Source: an uncultured Verrucomicrobiae bacterium
GTDB lineage: Bacteria; Verrucomicrobiota; Verrucomicrobiia; Opitutales; JABDGR01
Reading direction: 5' to 3'
DNA: 64,000 nucleotides
NCBI GenBank assembly: GCA_963765205.1
Contig: CAVXVB010000008.1
Span: 416,001 to 480,000, forward strand
This document shows positions 1-9,647 of the stretch, piece after piece (positions within the stretch are counted from its first letter, which is position 1; every line of letters starts with the position of its first letter). The notes below the pieces were generated by a model. The model was not told where the DNA came from. It did not search any database and saw nothing but the letters and a program-made list of their open reading frames with translations. Made by a program: the position numbers and the translations under genes.

Positions 1-171
1 CTCGCCGGCAAAGGCGGCGGCGCCATCGCCGCAGGCCAGCATATCCGCCTTGATAAGCTGACCCCCCTCACCAACCTTTACCGCTCGATGCTCGACGTGA
101 TGGGCGCGCCGACGGAAAAACTCGGTGACAGCAACGGTAAGCTCCAGCAAATTTTCCAGTCGGCGTCGTAA
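1..171 (+). CDS. 3' end of probable DUF1552-family protein (partial)
   Basis: Frame 1 reads LAGKGGGAIAAGQHIRLDKLTPLTNLYRSMLDVMGAPTEKLGDSNGKL...*, which resembles the DUF1552 C-terminus. Confidence 0.6.
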   Translation, partial: LAGKGGGAIAAGQHIRLDKLTPLTNLYRSMLDVMGAPTEKLGDSNGKLQQIFQSAS

Positions 172-177
172 ACCCCC

Positions 178-384
178 TTCAATATCGAACATCCAACGCT
201 CAACATCCAACATCGAATGGATTTCCCGGAAGCAAGTTGTGGTGGCGTGATTGAATGTTCGAGGCATCAAGCGACCGCCAACTTTGGCCGCCTGTCATCC
301 TCTATCAGATGATGCGTAAAGTAGCCCGCCCCTGTTTTTTCATTGGATGTTGGAGGTTGAAAGTTCGATGTTGGATGTTGGACT
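178..384. repeat. Palindromic heptamer-array element (AACATCC/AACATCG family)
   Basis: Left arm aatatcgaacatccaacgctcaacatccaacatcgaatg; inverted right arm ttcattggatgttggaggttgaaagttcgatgttggatgttg. Confidence 0.85.
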
Positions 385-399
385 TTGAGATTTACCCCC

Positions 400-1872
400 A
401 TGCGTAAACTAAATTGTTTCTGGATTGGCTGGCTGGCGGCGGCGGTTTTGCGCGGGGCCAACGCCCCGGTGGCGTCGCCACCGGCCTCCGCCTCCGCTCC
501 CTCCGCGGTGCAGTCGGCAACCGACGACCTGCCCACTGATTGGATTGATCCCGACACGGGCCACCGCGTGGTGCGCCTGTCGCGCGAGGACAACACGCAA
601 AGCCTCTATTTCCACCAGAATCCCTTTACTCCCGACGGCACGCGGCTCGTCGTCACGGTGCCCAACGGCATCGCGACCATCAACCTGAAAACGCACGAAA
701 TCAAACAAGTTGCGCTGGGCACCGCGCCGACCCAACGGATTGACACGCATGACTCGACCCCAGCGGACCAGCGCATCGGGCATGTCGTGTGCGGCCGCAA
801 AACGCCGACCGTCTATTACACCAAGGGCGCGGACGTGATGGCCACCAACCTCGACACGGGTGTCTCACGCAAAATCTGCGTGCTGCCGGATGAATTGTTC
901 TGGGGAGCGGGGTTCACCGTCAATGCCGATGAGACGTTGCTGGCCGGCTCCGGCGATGCCAGTCCCGGTCCTTACGGCGCCATCGGGCCCAACTGGACGG
1001 GCAACCAGGCCCTGGGCCAGCGCATGGCGGCCCTCGTGCCCATGGTTCTGTATACGATTGATATTAAGACCGGGGAAATCAAAAAAATCTTTCGCGCCGA
1101 GCATGACTGGCTCAATCACGTGCAGTTTTCGCCGACCGACCCGAAACTGCTGATGTATTGCCATGAGGGCACCTGGAGCCAAGTGGATCGCGTCTGGCAA
1201 ATTAACGTAGTGCCGCAAACCTACACCGTCCAGACCAGCGACACACTGGATAAAATCGCCGCCGCGCACGGCACCTACGCCGCGATGGTAAAGTACACGG
1301 CCAACCTGACCTCCGACACGCTGACCCCCGGCCAGCAGATCTTGCTGCCGCCGGGGCCGCCGCGGCTCGTCCACCAGCGCACGATGCCGGGCGAAATCGC
1401 GGGACATGAATTCTGGGGCGCGGACGGCCAAAACGCCTGGTATGACCTCCAAACCCCGCAGAGCCAGGTCTTCTGGGTCGGCGGCATGAATTTGGCCACC
1501 GGCCAGCACATCCGCTACTCGCTGCCGAAAAATGAATGGTCGGTGCACTACAACGTCTCGCCCGATGGCAAATTATTCGCCGGCGACGGCGGCGGCCCGA
1601 ACAGTGTGGCCCGGGGCGACAACGGCCAGTGGATTTACCTCTTCACCCCCGACCCGACGACCGCTTCGACGATCAAGGCCGGCGATGAGGAGGTTAAAAC
1701 GATGCAATTTAAGGCCGAGCGCCTGGTCAACCTGGCCAAGCACGACTACGGCCTGGAGCCGAACGTGAGCTTCACGCCAGACATGAAGTGGATTATTTTC
1801 CGCTCGAACATGCTCGGCGCGGCGCACGGCTCGCAGGTGTTCGCGGTCGAGATCGCGAAAGCCACCCAGTAA
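400..1872 (+). CDS. Oligogalacturonate lyase family (PL22) beta-propeller with inserted LysM domain
   Basis: Signal peptide; motifs WIDPDTGHRVVRLS, SLYFHQN, WLNHVQFSP, YCHEG, GHEFW, LEPNVSFTPD; LysM-like YTVQTSDTLDKIA...LTPGQQILLP. ATG at 400 chosen. Confidence 0.85.
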   Translation: MRKLNCFWIGWLAAAVLRGANAPVASPPASASAPSAVQSATDDLPTDWIDPDTGHRVVRLSREDNTQSLYFHQNPFTPDGTRLVVTVPNGIATINLKTHEIKQVALGTAPTQRIDTHDSTPADQRIGHVVCGRKTPTVYYTKGADVMATNLDTGVSRKICVLPDELFWGAGFTVNADETLLAGSGDASPGPYGAIGPNWTGNQALGQRMAALVPMVLYTIDIKTGEIKKIFRAEHDWLNHVQFSPTDPKLLMYCHEGTWSQVDRVWQINVVPQTYTVQTSDTLDKIAAAHGTYAAMVKYTANLTSDTLTPGQQILLPPGPPRLVHQRTMPGEIAGHEFWGADGQNAWYDLQTPQSQVFWVGGMNLATGQHIRYSLPKNEWSVHYNVSPDGKLFAGDGGGPNSVARGDNGQWIYLFTPDPTTASTIKAGDEEVKTMQFKAERLVNLAKHDYGLEPNVSFTPDMKWIIFRSNMLGAAHGSQVFAVEIAKATQ

Positions 1873-1980
1873 CTTCCAACATCGAACATCGAATGAAAGG
1901 CGAAGAGGCAAGCTGCTGGTTCTTCATTGGAAGTTGGATGTTGGGCGTTGGATGTTCGATGTTGAATATTGGATGTTGAA
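1873..1980. repeat. Palindromic heptamer-array element (AACATCC/G family)
   Basis: cttccaacatcgaacatcgaatgaa ... ttcattggaagttggatgttgggcgttggatgttcgatgttg. Confidence 0.85.
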
Positions 1981-3375
1981 ATGACTTTTATGCGAAAACT
2001 ACTCCATCCCCTTTTGCTTTCACTCTGCGCGGCGCGGGCCTTCGGTGCCGACGCCGCCCCGGCCGCCGCGGACACGAATCCGCGCGAATGGATTGACCCG
2101 GACACGGGCCACCGCGTCATCCGTATTTCCGACGAGCCAAACAGCCAGAGTCTGTATTTCCATTACAACTCCTACACCCCGGAGGGCGACAAGATGGTCT
2201 TCAGCGCCCCGAGTGGGATTTGGACGCTGGACTTGAAGACGCTCGGCCAAGGTACGCCAAAGACCGATTGGATTGTGGATGGTCGCAACGCCCAGGCGGC
2301 GGGAGGCGCGGGCCGCGGGGGCCGCGGGGGCGGTGGGGGCGGTGGGGGCGTGAGTCTGCTCATGGCGGCGTTCCAGTCGCGCGATGCCTATTACACGGCG
2401 AATGGCATCCTCTACGCGGTGAATGTGGACACCAAGGTTTCGCGCATCGTCACCACGGGCCGCCCGTTCGGCGTGAACTGCAATGAAACTTACGTCGGCT
2501 CGATGGTCAACCAGGTGGACCCCACCGGCAAGGTGCAACCGCCTACGCCGCCGACCCTCATCCCTCAGCGCCAGCGCATGTTTGGCGACAAGATCGCCGC
2601 CGGCATCCCCTTGACGCCAGACGAAGAATATGCCGCGACCAAGGAGGACGGCCTCGCTCGCCGGTTGCTCAACCCCAGTTCGATGGCCTTCAATTTCACG
2701 AATTTAAAAACCAAAACCTCGGTGATCGTGGGCTATCAATACGCCTCGATTGACCACCAGCAATTTTCGCCGACCGACCCTAATCTGGTGCTTTACGCGC
2801 ACGAGGGCACCTGGCACGAGGTGGACCGCATCTGGACCATCCGCACCGACGGCTCCGACCAGCGCCTGATGTATAAGCGGCAGATGGACATGGAAATCGC
2901 CGGGCACGAATGGTGGAGCCACGATGGCCAGACCGTCTGGTTCGACTTGCAGACGCCGCGCAGCCACGATTTTTGGATCGGCGGCGTGAACGTGAAAACG
3001 GGTCGGCTCACCAAATACCACATCGAGCGCGACTGGTGGGGCGTGCATTTCAACTCCTCGCGCGACGACAAATTGTTCGCCAGTGACGGCGGCGACCCGA
3101 CCCAGGTGGCGTTTTCCCAGAACGGCGAATGGATCAATCTGTTCCGCGTGCAGCCCGACGGCAGCGTGACGCGCGAGAAGCTCGTCAACCTCTCCAAGAA
3201 CAATTACGTGACGGGCCAAGGCGGCATCGAGCCGAACGTCTCGATCACGCCGGACAGCAAATGGGTGGTGTTCCGCGCGAATATGCAGGGCGGCGTGGTG
3301 CAGGTCTATGCGGTCGAAATCGGCGGCGACCCCCAAAAAATCAGCAAGCCGGAAACGTTCGTGATGGAAAAGTAG
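1981..3375 (+). CDS. Oligogalacturonate lyase family (PL22) paralog
   Basis: Same motifs as the upstream gene (WIDPDTGHRVIRIS, HEGTWHEVDRIW, AGHEWW, IEPNVSITPD); start at 1981 or 1990. Confidence 0.85.
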   Translation: MTFMRKLLHPLLLSLCAARAFGADAAPAAADTNPREWIDPDTGHRVIRISDEPNSQSLYFHYNSYTPEGDKMVFSAPSGIWTLDLKTLGQGTPKTDWIVDGRNAQAAGGAGRGGRGGGGGGGGVSLLMAAFQSRDAYYTANGILYAVNVDTKVSRIVTTGRPFGVNCNETYVGSMVNQVDPTGKVQPPTPPTLIPQRQRMFGDKIAAGIPLTPDEEYAATKEDGLARRLLNPSSMAFNFTNLKTKTSVIVGYQYASIDHQQFSPTDPNLVLYAHEGTWHEVDRIWTIRTDGSDQRLMYKRQMDMEIAGHEWWSHDGQTVWFDLQTPRSHDFWIGGVNVKTGRLTKYHIERDWWGVHFNSSRDDKLFASDGGDPTQVAFSQNGEWINLFRVQPDGSVTREKLVNLSKNNYVTGQGGIEPNVSITPDSKWVVFRANMQGGVVQVYAVEIGGDPQKISKPETFVMEK

Positions 3376-3435
3376 GGCCGGGACGAAAACCCAAATTCAC
3401 CGCCGCCCCTCCAAAAAAAATTCCCCCAATTCCCC

Positions 3436-5997
3436 ATGCCTATCCTGCCCCATCCCACCCCGTTTCGCCTCATGCGCTGGCTGCCGTTTTTTTTACTGGC
3501 CGCGCTCACTGCGCACGCCGCCTACCAGCCGCCGGCCTCCCCGCGCGCCACATACAACTTTAATCCCGGCTGGAAATTCATGCGCCAGGATGTGCCCGAC
3601 GCCGACACCGTGAACTTCGACGACTCGCAGTGGACCAACGTCAGCCTGCCCCACACCTGGAACGACACGGACACCTACCGCGCGTTGATCAGCCATGGCG
3701 CCGGCGACCAAAGCCACCCCTACCAGGGCATTGCCTGGTATCGCAAGCATTTCAAACTACCCGCAGGCACCGAGGGCCGGAAAATTTTCCTCGAATTTGA
3801 GGGGCTGAAACAAGCGGCGCATTTTTACCTGAACGGCCAGCCCATCGGCCTCTATGAGAATGGCATCACCGCGTGCGGGTTGGATATCAGCGCACTGGTC
3901 AAGTTCGGCGGGCAGGACAACGTGCTGGCGGTGAAAGTGGACAACACCATCGAATACCAAGAGGAGGCCACCGGTACCCCCTTCGAATGGAAGTTCAGCA
4001 ACAGCAACCCGAATTTCGGCGGGCTGGACCGCGACGTTTGGTTGCACGTTATGGGGCCGGTGTATCAGACCCTGCCACTCTATGAAAATTTGAAAGCGAC
4101 GGGTGTTTACGTTTACGGAAAAAACTACGACATCCCCGGCAAAACCGCCGAGGTCCATGTCGAGTCCCAGGTGCGCAACGAGTCGGCGGCTAATGCAGCC
4201 CTCGCGCTCTCCGAAGTGGTGGTGGATGCCGACGGCGTGGTGCGGGCGCAATTCAACGGCGAATCCAAAAACCTCGCCAGCGGCCAGACGGACACGCTGA
4301 CCGCCGCCGGCCCGCTCACCAACGCGCGCTTTTGGGATTTGCATGATCCCTATCTTTACGACGTTTATTCCATCCTGAGCGTAAACGGCCAGGTGGCGGA
4401 CGTGTGCAAAATTCACACGGGCTTCCGCAAGGCCGAATTCAAGGGCGGCGCGGGCACCGGCGGAGTGTGGCTGAATGATCATTTCGTGTGGCTCACCGGC
4501 TACTCGCAGCGCGTGGTCAATGATTGGCCCGGGCTGGGCCAGGCGTATCCGGACTGGATGCATGACTTCAATGCCGCGCTGGTGCGCGCCAGCAATGGCA
4601 ATTACATCCGCTGGATGCACATTTCCACGCAGCGGGTGGATGTTACCTCGTGTGACAAATACGGCATTGCCGAGGTCTGCCCGGCCGGCGACGGCGAACA
4701 CGATGTCACCGGCCGGCAATGGGACCAACGCGTCGAGGTCATGCGCGACTCCATGATTTATTTCCGCAACCACCCGAGCATCCTTTTCTGGGAGGCGGGC
4801 AATGCCGGCATTGCTGCGGACCAAATGAAGCAGATGGTGGACCTGCGCAAAACCTTCGACCCGAACGGCGGCCGGGTCACCGGTTGCCGCTCGCTCAACG
4901 ACCCGGGGGCCATCGCCGCGGCGGAGTATTTTGGCGTCATGCTCGGCGGGCCTTACCGCGACCAAACCCGCGACCAGGCCCCGATGATCGAGACCGAGGA
5001 CTTCCGCGATGAAGGCCCGCGTGGGATTTGGGATGACTATTCGCCGCCGTCCTTTGGCTTCAAGAAAGGGCCGAACGACAGCTACAATTGGAATTCAGAG
5101 ACCTTCAGCCTCGCCGCCGTGCGCAGCTATTACCGATTCGTCACCAACCGCATTGACAATCCCGATCCCGCAAGTTCCAAGTGGTCCGCCTACGCCTCGA
5201 TTTATTGGTCGGACTCCGATGCCGACGGCCGGCAGGACAGCAGCGAGGTCTTGCGCGTCAGCGGCAAGGTGGACGGCGTGCGCCTGCCCAAGGAGATATT
5301 TTTCACCTCGCGCGTGATGCAAAGCCCGACGCCGGACCTCCACATCATCGGCCACTGGACCTATCCGGCGGGCACGAAAAAGACCGTCTATGTGATCGCC
5401 AGCGTTTGCGACGCCGTCGAATTATTCCTCAACGGCCAATCGCTGGGCGTCAACAAAGCCCCGGACAATGGCTATGTGTATGCTTTTCCGGATGTGGCGT
5501 TCGCGCCGGGGACGCTCAAGGCCGTCGCCACCCGGGGCGGGCAAGTTGTCGCGCAGCAGGAACTCAAGACCGCGGGCGAACCCAAGGCGATCAAGCTCAC
5601 CGTCCACACCGGCCCGCAAGGCCTGCAAGCCGATGGGGCTGACGTGGCCTTGATTGACTTCGAGGTGGTGGACGCGCAGGGCAACCGCTGCCCCACCGAC
5701 GAGGCGCGCGTGGACTTCGCTGTGGACGGCCCGGTCATTTGGCGCGGCGGCTTCTGCAGCGACAAGCTCGATACGACCAACAACCTTTATCTCGACACCG
5801 AGTGCGGCATCAACCGCGTGGCGATCCGCTCGACGCTCACGCCGGGCACGATTACGCTCACCGCCACGCGCGCGGGCCTCACCTCCGCGACCGTGCAAAT
5901 CCCCTCGCAGCCCGTGGACATCAAGGACGGCCTCAGCACAGCAATGCCGCCGACGTATTCCGGCTTGTCGCAGACGATTCCGGGCCTAGTGCCGTAA
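3436..5997 (+). CDS. Glycoside hydrolase family 2 (beta-galactosidase-like, DUF4982)
   Basis: VSLPHTWN, WYRKHF, FLEFEG, RNHPSILFWEAGN; start may be 3472. Confidence 0.85.
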   Translation: MPILPHPTPFRLMRWLPFFLLAALTAHAAYQPPASPRATYNFNPGWKFMRQDVPDADTVNFDDSQWTNVSLPHTWNDTDTYRALISHGAGDQSHPYQGIAWYRKHFKLPAGTEGRKIFLEFEGLKQAAHFYLNGQPIGLYENGITACGLDISALVKFGGQDNVLAVKVDNTIEYQEEATGTPFEWKFSNSNPNFGGLDRDVWLHVMGPVYQTLPLYENLKATGVYVYGKNYDIPGKTAEVHVESQVRNESAANAALALSEVVVDADGVVRAQFNGESKNLASGQTDTLTAAGPLTNARFWDLHDPYLYDVYSILSVNGQVADVCKIHTGFRKAEFKGGAGTGGVWLNDHFVWLTGYSQRVVNDWPGLGQAYPDWMHDFNAALVRASNGNYIRWMHISTQRVDVTSCDKYGIAEVCPAGDGEHDVTGRQWDQRVEVMRDSMIYFRNHPSILFWEAGNAGIAADQMKQMVDLRKTFDPNGGRVTGCRSLNDPGAIAAAEYFGVMLGGPYRDQTRDQAPMIETEDFRDEGPRGIWDDYSPPSFGFKKGPNDSYNWNSETFSLAAVRSYYRFVTNRIDNPDPASSKWSAYASIYWSDSDADGRQDSSEVLRVSGKVDGVRLPKEIFFTSRVMQSPTPDLHIIGHWTYPAGTKKTVYVIASVCDAVELFLNGQSLGVNKAPDNGYVYAFPDVAFAPGTLKAVATRGGQVVAQQELKTAGEPKAIKLTVHTGPQGLQADGADVALIDFEVVDAQGNRCPTDEARVDFAVDGPVIWRGGFCSDKLDTTNNLYLDTECGINRVAIRSTLTPGTITLTATRAGLTSATVQIPSQPVDIKDGLSTAMPPTYSGLSQTIPGLVP

Positions 5998-6081
5998 CAA
6001 GCACCCGGCGCAGTTCTTGACCCAACACGCAAACCCCCGCAACCCCCAAAAAAGCAATTTCCTGCTGCGATCAGTTTGTGG

Positions 6082-6513
6082 TCAGGCATTGGAGTTCTGC
6101 GAGCGGATGAAGGAATAGCGATAAATATCGTCGCGCCGCTGCCAGCCCCGCTTCTTCCAGTAATCATTCGTGCGGTGATTAGAGACGAAAACATCTAGGT
6201 GGGTCTTCACGATGCCGGCCTCCGCCAAACGATCCAGACAGCGGGTAACCAGCGCTTGGGCGATCCCGCGCCGGCGATGTTGCTCCTCGACGATCACATG
6301 CTGGAGGTAGCCGCGCCGGCCATCGTGGCCGCACAGGGCGCAGCCGATGACTTTCCCTCCTTCTTCAGCAACGAAGCTGAAACCGGGATTCCGCGCCAGA
6401 TAACGGGCGGCGGCTTCCTTCGAATCGGCCTCGCGAACCGCCACGCCGGGGGTTCGCTTCATCAGCGCGAGCACTTCGTCGTAATGATCGAGGGTGAGTT
6501 TCGTGATCTTCAT
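6082..6513 (-). CDS. GNAT family N-acetyltransferase
   Basis: GHDGRRGYLQH and RRRGIAQAL acetyl-CoA motif. Confidence 0.85.
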   Translation of the reverse strand: MKITKLTLDHYDEVLALMKRTPGVAVREADSKEAAARYLARNPGFSFVAEEGGKVIGCALCGHDGRRGYLQHVIVEEQHRRRGIAQALVTRCLDRLAEAGIVKTHLDVFVSNHRTNDYWKKRGWQRRDDIYRYSFIRSQNSNA

Positions 6514-6578
6514 CTTTGCCTAACGTTCAAGATTAACCCCCCACCCCGGAACCCCGGCAACCCCAAAAAAGAAAATTC

Positions 6579-7268
6579 CTATCCGTTTTTCCGGCGGTAG
6601 CGGATGGCGAAAACTATTCCGAAGATGACCAGGAGGACCATGCCAATGAGGTTGGGGATGTTGACCGACGAAGTATGCGGCGGGCCGTCCCACACCACGT
6701 CCATCAGTTCGTCGAAGGTCACGGCCTTGGCGGTGCGGTTTTGGAGGAGCACCGTTTTCCAATCGTCGGGCATCTGCGGCGGCTTGCCGGGTTTGGTGGG
6801 CGGTTGGTCATTGCCGCCGGCGATGAGGCCGTGGATGCTCAAGGCGATGGGGCCATCGTGGACGGGTGGCGGCTCGACGGCGGCAAGTTTCTGGCGCAGG
6901 GCCGCGAGCCGCTGGTCCGCCGGAGGAGGGGCAAGGGAAATGAGCCAGATGCGGGATTGCGGACCGGGTTTCACGGCGGCGACGATGTCAAGGTCATCCG
7001 GGGCGGTGGTGTTGGCGAAATATGTCTCACACACGTCTTGCAGTTTTTTAGTGTAGGTGGCCAGGTCGTCCAGCGAAGCGCGCCCGACGGTGGCGGCCTG
7101 CGGGAGGTAGAATTCCACCCCGGCGGTGTCGAAGCCTTTGGGTATGTCAACGGCTTGGCTCGCCAAAGGACTAAGAAACAAGGCCAGCGACAAGAGGAAG
7201 AATGGTTTCATTCGCAGGGTCAATTTCAGCATTTTTCGGGAATTAAGCACGCTCAAAAAACGGGCCAT
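6579..7268 (-). CDS. Hypothetical exported protein with C-terminal membrane anchor
   Basis: Signal-like MKPFFLLSLALFLSPLASQA (probable internal start); C-terminal TM followed by RRK. Confidence 0.6.
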   Translation of the reverse strand: MARFLSVLNSRKMLKLTLRMKPFFLLSLALFLSPLASQAVDIPKGFDTAGVEFYLPQAATVGRASLDDLATYTKKLQDVCETYFANTTAPDDLDIVAAVKPGPQSRIWLISLAPPPADQRLAALRQKLAAVEPPPVHDGPIALSIHGLIAGGNDQPPTKPGKPPQMPDDWKTVLLQNRTAKAVTFDELMDVVWDGPPHTSSVNIPNLIGMVLLVIFGIVFAIRYRRKNG

Positions 7269-7329
7269 CTCCCGCTTGCCAATGGCCGCCGGGATGGCGT
7301 ATATCTAGATACCCCCACCCACCCCACTC

Positions 7330-9063
7330 ATGAACCCCCTCCTTTGGAAACCCCTGGCTGCGTTGGCCGTCTTTAGTCTGGCCGTGGCCGCAACGCAACT
7401 TGACAATTCCGCGCCGGCCACCGCCGCGCCAGCGCCTTTTCCCGTGAATATTACGGTGGACGCCGCCAAAATCGTCGGTCCCTGGAAGCCGGTTTACCGT
7501 TTCTTCGGCGCGGATGAGCCGAATTACGCGACGATGAAAAACGGCACGAAGCTCATCAACGAACTCGGCCAACTACAGCCCGGCGATGTTTACTATCGCG
7601 CGCACAACTTGCTGACCACCGGCGACGGCACGCCCGCCCACAAATGGGGCAGCACCAATGCCTACACCGAGGACAAGGACGGCAATCCCATCTACAACTG
7701 GACCATTCTCGACAAAATTTTCGACACTTACCGCGCCGCCGGCATTCATCCCTATGTGGAGATCGGGTTCATGCCCGAAGCGATGTCCACCCACCCGGAA
7801 CCCTACCAGCACCACTTCGACCAGGGCGAAAGCATTTTCACCGGGTGGGCTTATCCGCCGAAGGATTACAACAAATGGGGCGAACTGGTTTACCAATGGG
7901 CCAAGCATTGCGTGGAGCGCTACGGTTTGGCCGAGGTGCAAAAATGGTATTGGGAGGTTTGGAATGAATCCAACACCCAGCGCAACGGCATCGGATATTG
8001 GAGCGGCTCGATCCCGGATTATTACAAGCTGTATGACTACGCCGCCGCCGGCGTGCGCCGTGCCATCCCAACCGCGCGGGTCGGCGGCGCGGATTCAGCC
8101 GGCAATGGCGGCGCCTGGTCGCGCAATTTCATCGAGCATTGCCTGACGGGCACCAACTACGCCACCGGCCAAGTCGGCGCGCCGTTGGACTTTTTCTCCT
8201 TCCACGCCAAGGGCCACACGCCGACGATGGTGCAGGGCCATTCGCAAATGGGCATTGACGGCCAGCTCCAGGCCATTGACGGCGGCTTCGCCATCGCGGC
8301 CTCGTATCCGCAGACGAAAGGTGAACCCATCGTCATCGGCGAATCCGACCCGGATGGGTGCGCGGCCTGCAATAACGAAGCCTTGAAGGCCTACCGCAAC
8401 AGCTCCGTGTATGCGACTTACACCGCAGCCTGCATCGCGCGCGAGTTCGAGCTGGCTGACCGCCATGGGGTCAATTTCGAAGGCGCGCTGACCTGGGCCT
8501 TCGAATTTGAGAACGAGCCGTATTTCTTCGGCGAACGCGTGCTCGCCAGCAACGGCGTGGACCTGCCCATCCTCGATGTTTTCCGCATGTATGCCAAGAT
8601 GGACGGCCAGCGCGTCGCGACCACGAGCGACCACGGCATCAGCCTCGACAACATCCTGCGCTCCGGCGTGCGGGGCGACCCGGATGTCTCGGCCCTTTCG
8701 ACCCTCGGCAAAAACAAACTCTGTGTCATGGTCTGGCATTATCACGACGACATTGTGCCCGGCCCCGACGCCACGGTGTCGCTCGACCTCTCCGGCCTGC
8801 CGAAGGACGTGACAAAAGTCAAAATCACGCACTACCGCATTGACGACACGCACAGCAATTCTTACACGGCGTGGCAGCGGATGGGTTCGCCGGCGCAACC
8901 GACGCCCGAGCAATACGCGCAACTTGAAAAATCGGGTCTCTTGGAGGAATTGGCGCCATCTGCCGGCGCCACCCCGCCCTCAGCCACGAACGGCGAATTG
9001 AAATTGCCGGCCTTCACCTTGCCCCGCGAGTCGGTGTCGCTGGTGGTCGTGGAGTGGGAATAG
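7330..9063 (+). CDS. GH39 beta-xylosidase
   Basis: Signal peptide; PYVEIGFMP, WEVWNE, GESDPDGCAAC, LTWAFEFE. Confidence 0.88.
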   Translation: MNPLLWKPLAALAVFSLAVAATQLDNSAPATAAPAPFPVNITVDAAKIVGPWKPVYRFFGADEPNYATMKNGTKLINELGQLQPGDVYYRAHNLLTTGDGTPAHKWGSTNAYTEDKDGNPIYNWTILDKIFDTYRAAGIHPYVEIGFMPEAMSTHPEPYQHHFDQGESIFTGWAYPPKDYNKWGELVYQWAKHCVERYGLAEVQKWYWEVWNESNTQRNGIGYWSGSIPDYYKLYDYAAAGVRRAIPTARVGGADSAGNGGAWSRNFIEHCLTGTNYATGQVGAPLDFFSFHAKGHTPTMVQGHSQMGIDGQLQAIDGGFAIAASYPQTKGEPIVIGESDPDGCAACNNEALKAYRNSSVYATYTAACIAREFELADRHGVNFEGALTWAFEFENEPYFFGERVLASNGVDLPILDVFRMYAKMDGQRVATTSDHGISLDNILRSGVRGDPDVSALSTLGKNKLCVMVWHYHDDIVPGPDATVSLDLSGLPKDVTKVKITHYRIDDTHSNSYTAWQRMGSPAQPTPEQYAQLEKSGLLEELAPSAGATPPSATNGELKLPAFTLPRESVSLVVVEWE

Positions 9064-9088
9064 CGTGCGGCACGACCCACTCCCGCGC

Positions 9089-9117
9089 TTGCCTTTTATA
9101 TAAAATCTGTTTTTAAT
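9089..9117 (+). promoter_or_regulatory. Putative sigma70 promoter of hicBA with palindromic operator
   Basis: TTGCCT-17 bp-TTTAAT; perfect palindrome TTTTATATAAAA at 9094-9105; ATG 6 nt downstream (leaderless-like). Confidence 0.55.
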
Positions 9118-9123
9118 TACTCC

Positions 9124-9384
9124 ATGTTTGCCGAATATCTCACCAAGGCTGCGGAAAAGGCGGAATACGAAAAAATGGAGACTGGCCGCTTTTTTGCCAC
9201 CATTCCCGGCTTCAAGGGTTTGTGGGCCGATGGCTCCACCGTTGAAGCCGCCCGCCGCGAGCTGCTGGCCACTCTCGAGGGTTGGTTACTACTCGCCATC
9301 CGTTTTGGGGATGAGGTTCCGGTGGTTGGCGGGATCAACTTGAACAAAATCGGCCATCATGCCAAAGCCCGTAAGCCGGCGTGA
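9124..9384 (+). CDS. hicB: HicB family antitoxin
   Basis: FFATIPGFKGLWADGSTVEAARREL; overlaps hicA. Confidence 0.8.
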   Translation: MFAEYLTKAAEKAEYEKMETGRFFATIPGFKGLWADGSTVEAARRELLATLEGWLLLAIRFGDEVPVVGGINLNKIGHHAKARKPA

Positions 9385-9583
9385 ATTCATCCGCCGAATG
9401 CGGGTGCTAGGCTGGGACGGTCCGCTTCCCGGTGGCCGTCATGAATTTAGGCGGCATCCGCTTACCGACATGAAAGTGCCTATTCCAAATCCCCACCGTG
9501 GCGACATTGATTGGTTGCTGACGAAGCGAGTTCTCAAGCGAGCGAGTATCCGAACAAATGACTGGGATAGGACTTCGCCGTGA
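9359..9583 (+). CDS. hicA: HicA family toxin (mRNA interferase)
   Basis: 74 aa; GGRHEF...VPIPNPHRGDI. Confidence 0.8.
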   Translation: MPKPVSRREFIRRMRVLGWDGPLPGGRHEFRRHPLTDMKVPIPNPHRGDIDWLLTKRVLKRASIRTNDWDRTSP

Positions 9584-9647
9584 AGTTGGCCGGCCCCGCT
9601 TTCCGCCCTTGCTGGAGTCTGGGAAATGTTGCAACCTAGGCTTCCCC

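Noticed and set aside
2290..2350. Gly/Arg-rich tracts in CAZymes (also near 11575 and 60865)
   Set aside because: Low-complexity linkers with no shared nucleotide element
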